Positions 62,600 to 64,000 of a stretch of DNA of 64,000 nucleotides are shown here, in pieces. The position numbers and the translations under genes were made by a program. Source of the DNA: an uncultured candidatus Porisulfidus sp. Its GTDB lineage: Bacteria > Pseudomonadota > Gammaproteobacteria > Poriferisulfidales > Poriferisulfidaceae. The stretch's first letter is position 1. Each line of letters starts with the position of its first letter. Location of the stretch: the NCBI GenBank assembly GCA_965116025.1, contig OZ220480.1:512001-576000 (forward strand), read 5' to 3'. Under the pieces are notes generated by a model. That model saw only the letters and a list, made by a program, of their open reading frames with translations, ran no database searches and was not told the origin of the DNA.

Positions 62600-63373
62600 G
62601 AGTCCGCCAAGCGCCACCCGATACAGCGCGAACGGCATCATCCCGACGCGCTCGATCAAGCGCAGAAAGAAGTGAATGCACAGCCAAGCGGACCCGCCCG
62701 CGATGAGCGCGCCCAGAATCAACGCGCCCCAATCCGCCTCTTGGGGCGCATGCAAGGATTTTTGAAAGGACCAGACTCCAGCCGCGGCGATCGTCGGGAT
62801 CGCCAGCAGGAACGCCACCCGGGCGGCCGCGACTCGCCGCAATCCTAACGCCAGAGCCGCCGTCATCACGATGCCCGCGCGCGACACCCCCGGCACCAGC
62901 GCGAGGCATTGCGCGGACCCGATCCACACCGCGTCGCTCCAGCGCAACCGCTCCTCCGTCCGCGCCCGAGCGCCACGCGCGTCCGCGAGCCAGAGCAAGA
63001 CGCCAAATCCGAGAGTCGTCCAAGCGATCAGCCGCGCGTCGCGCAAGTCGGTCGACACCACGCCGAACATGACCGCGCCGACGATGACGATCGGGACCGT
63101 CGCCACCGCCAACCACGCCGCCAAATACCGCGCGGGACCAGCCGCGGACGCGTCGCCCGCTATCGCGGCGCGCGACATCGATACGAGCTCCCGGCGGAAA
63201 TAGCCGATCATCGCGAGCAGGGTTCCCACATGCACGGCCACGTCGAACGCGTGGCCCTGATCTTCCCAGCCAAGCAAAGCTGGCGCCAAGATCAAGTGCG
63301 CCGAGCTGGAGACTGGCAAAAATTCCGTCGCTCCCTGCAACAGAGCCAGAGCCAAAACCTCCACCCAGTTCAT
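62582..63373 (-). CDS. uppP: Undecaprenyl-diphosphate phosphatase
   Basis: [35 protein letters not shown]. Confidence 0.94.
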   Translation of the reverse strand: MNWVEVLALALLQGATEFLPVSSSAHLILAPALLGWEDQGHAFDVAVHVGTLLAMIGYFRRELVSMSRAAIAGDASAAGPARYLAAWLAVATVPIVIVGAVMFGVVSTDLRDARLIAWTTLGFGVLLWLADARGARARTEERLRWSDAVWIGSAQCLALVPGVSRAGIVMTAALALGLRRVAAARVAFLLAIPTIAAAGVWSFQKSLHAPQEADWGALILGALIAGGSAWLCIHFFLRLIERVGMMPFALYRVALGGLLLVFH

Positions 63374-64000
63374 CAGAGACGGTTCCGATGGTCCGGACAC
63401 ACCACATGTGGCAAATCCACCGGAAAATCGCGGCCCAGCGCCATCACCCGGAAGCGCTCTCCCATACAGTCGGGATGGATCAGGGTCTCGATCCGCCCGA
63501 TCCACGCGAGCCGCTCGGCCTCATCCGTCAGGGAGTCCGCCTCCTCCAGCAAGCCATACTCCAGAAGAAAGCCGGCCTGCGTGGTGAACATCAAAACGTC
63601 GAGCCCTCGCTCCACCGCCAACTCCGCCACGGCGGTGAAATCCACGTCCACGCTGATGTCTTCCTGTCCGGGCTGGCGGAAGGGATCCGAGCGCGCCCGA
63701 TGGCCCGCGTGGCAACGCAACGTTCCGGTGGAACGCTGGGGATGATAGTACTCCGCGCGCGGATAACCGTAGTCGATGACCAGCGCGACGCCGCGCTGAA
63801 GAGCGCCGTCCAGCTCATCCAACCACGCGCGCAGAGAGTCGTGGCGCCATTCCGAGCGATAACCCGGAGCGGGCGCATCGTCAAGTCCGGCGATCAGCTC
63901 GCGCAAGTCCGCGCCAGGATCGGCCATCTCGGGCGCCCAACGAAACTCGTCCTCGCCCAGGACGGCGACCATACGCTCGCGAGCGCCCTGATCGGTCATC
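63373..64000 (-). CDS. SAM-dependent methyltransferase, MidA/NDUFAF7 family (5' partial)
   Basis: IDYG....YYHPQR..GTL.C, PG..DI...VDFT, Q..FL, MGE.F.V. Confidence 0.88.
   Translation of the reverse strand, partial: MTDQGARERMVAVLGEDEFRWAPEMADPGADLRELIAGLDDAPAPGYRSEWRHDSLRAWLDELDGALQRGVALVIDYGYPRAEYYHPQRSTGTLRCHAGHRARSDPFRQPGQEDISVDVDFTAVAELAVERGLDVLMFTTQAGFLLEYGLLEEADSLTDEAERLAWIGRIETLIHPDCMGERFRVMALGRDFPVDLPHVVCPDHRNRL

Overview
High-GC gammaproteobacterial chromosome segment. Sulfur-oxidiser marker genes (Alvin_2107-family, DsrS/Sfum_1244-like) suggest a chemolithotroph, possibly host-associated (inference). Housekeeping blocks are rnr-rlmB-purD, trxA-rho, a fadE-thiolase-fadJ/B-fadD beta-oxidation operon, cysS-hisI-aas, a Zur-boxed znuA, a complete aa3 cytochrome c oxidase and assembly cluster, gltD-hemE, rpsU, tsaD, rpiA, chrA, cca and uppP. 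Small accessory inserts lie between them: the end of a probable type II R-M pair, a 20-repeat RTX protein, two orphan DNA methyltransferases and a vapBC pair. Two features stand out. (1) A lower-GC cassette inserted between rpsU and tsaD carries two diverged tandem copies of a promoter + two-hairpin RNA (base pairing retained despite substitutions, C-UUCG-G terminator-like hairpin) ahead of an intact NYN/PIN ribonuclease gene, a layout resembling a type III (RNA-antitoxin) TA/defence system with a new toxin family. (2) Two paralogous autotransporters each carry a G22-23 slip tract inside an extended signal-peptide region; both are +1 out of frame as assembled, and one is bracketed by ~115-bp diverged direct repeats. 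All calls come from reading the sequence and recalling families; no searches were run.
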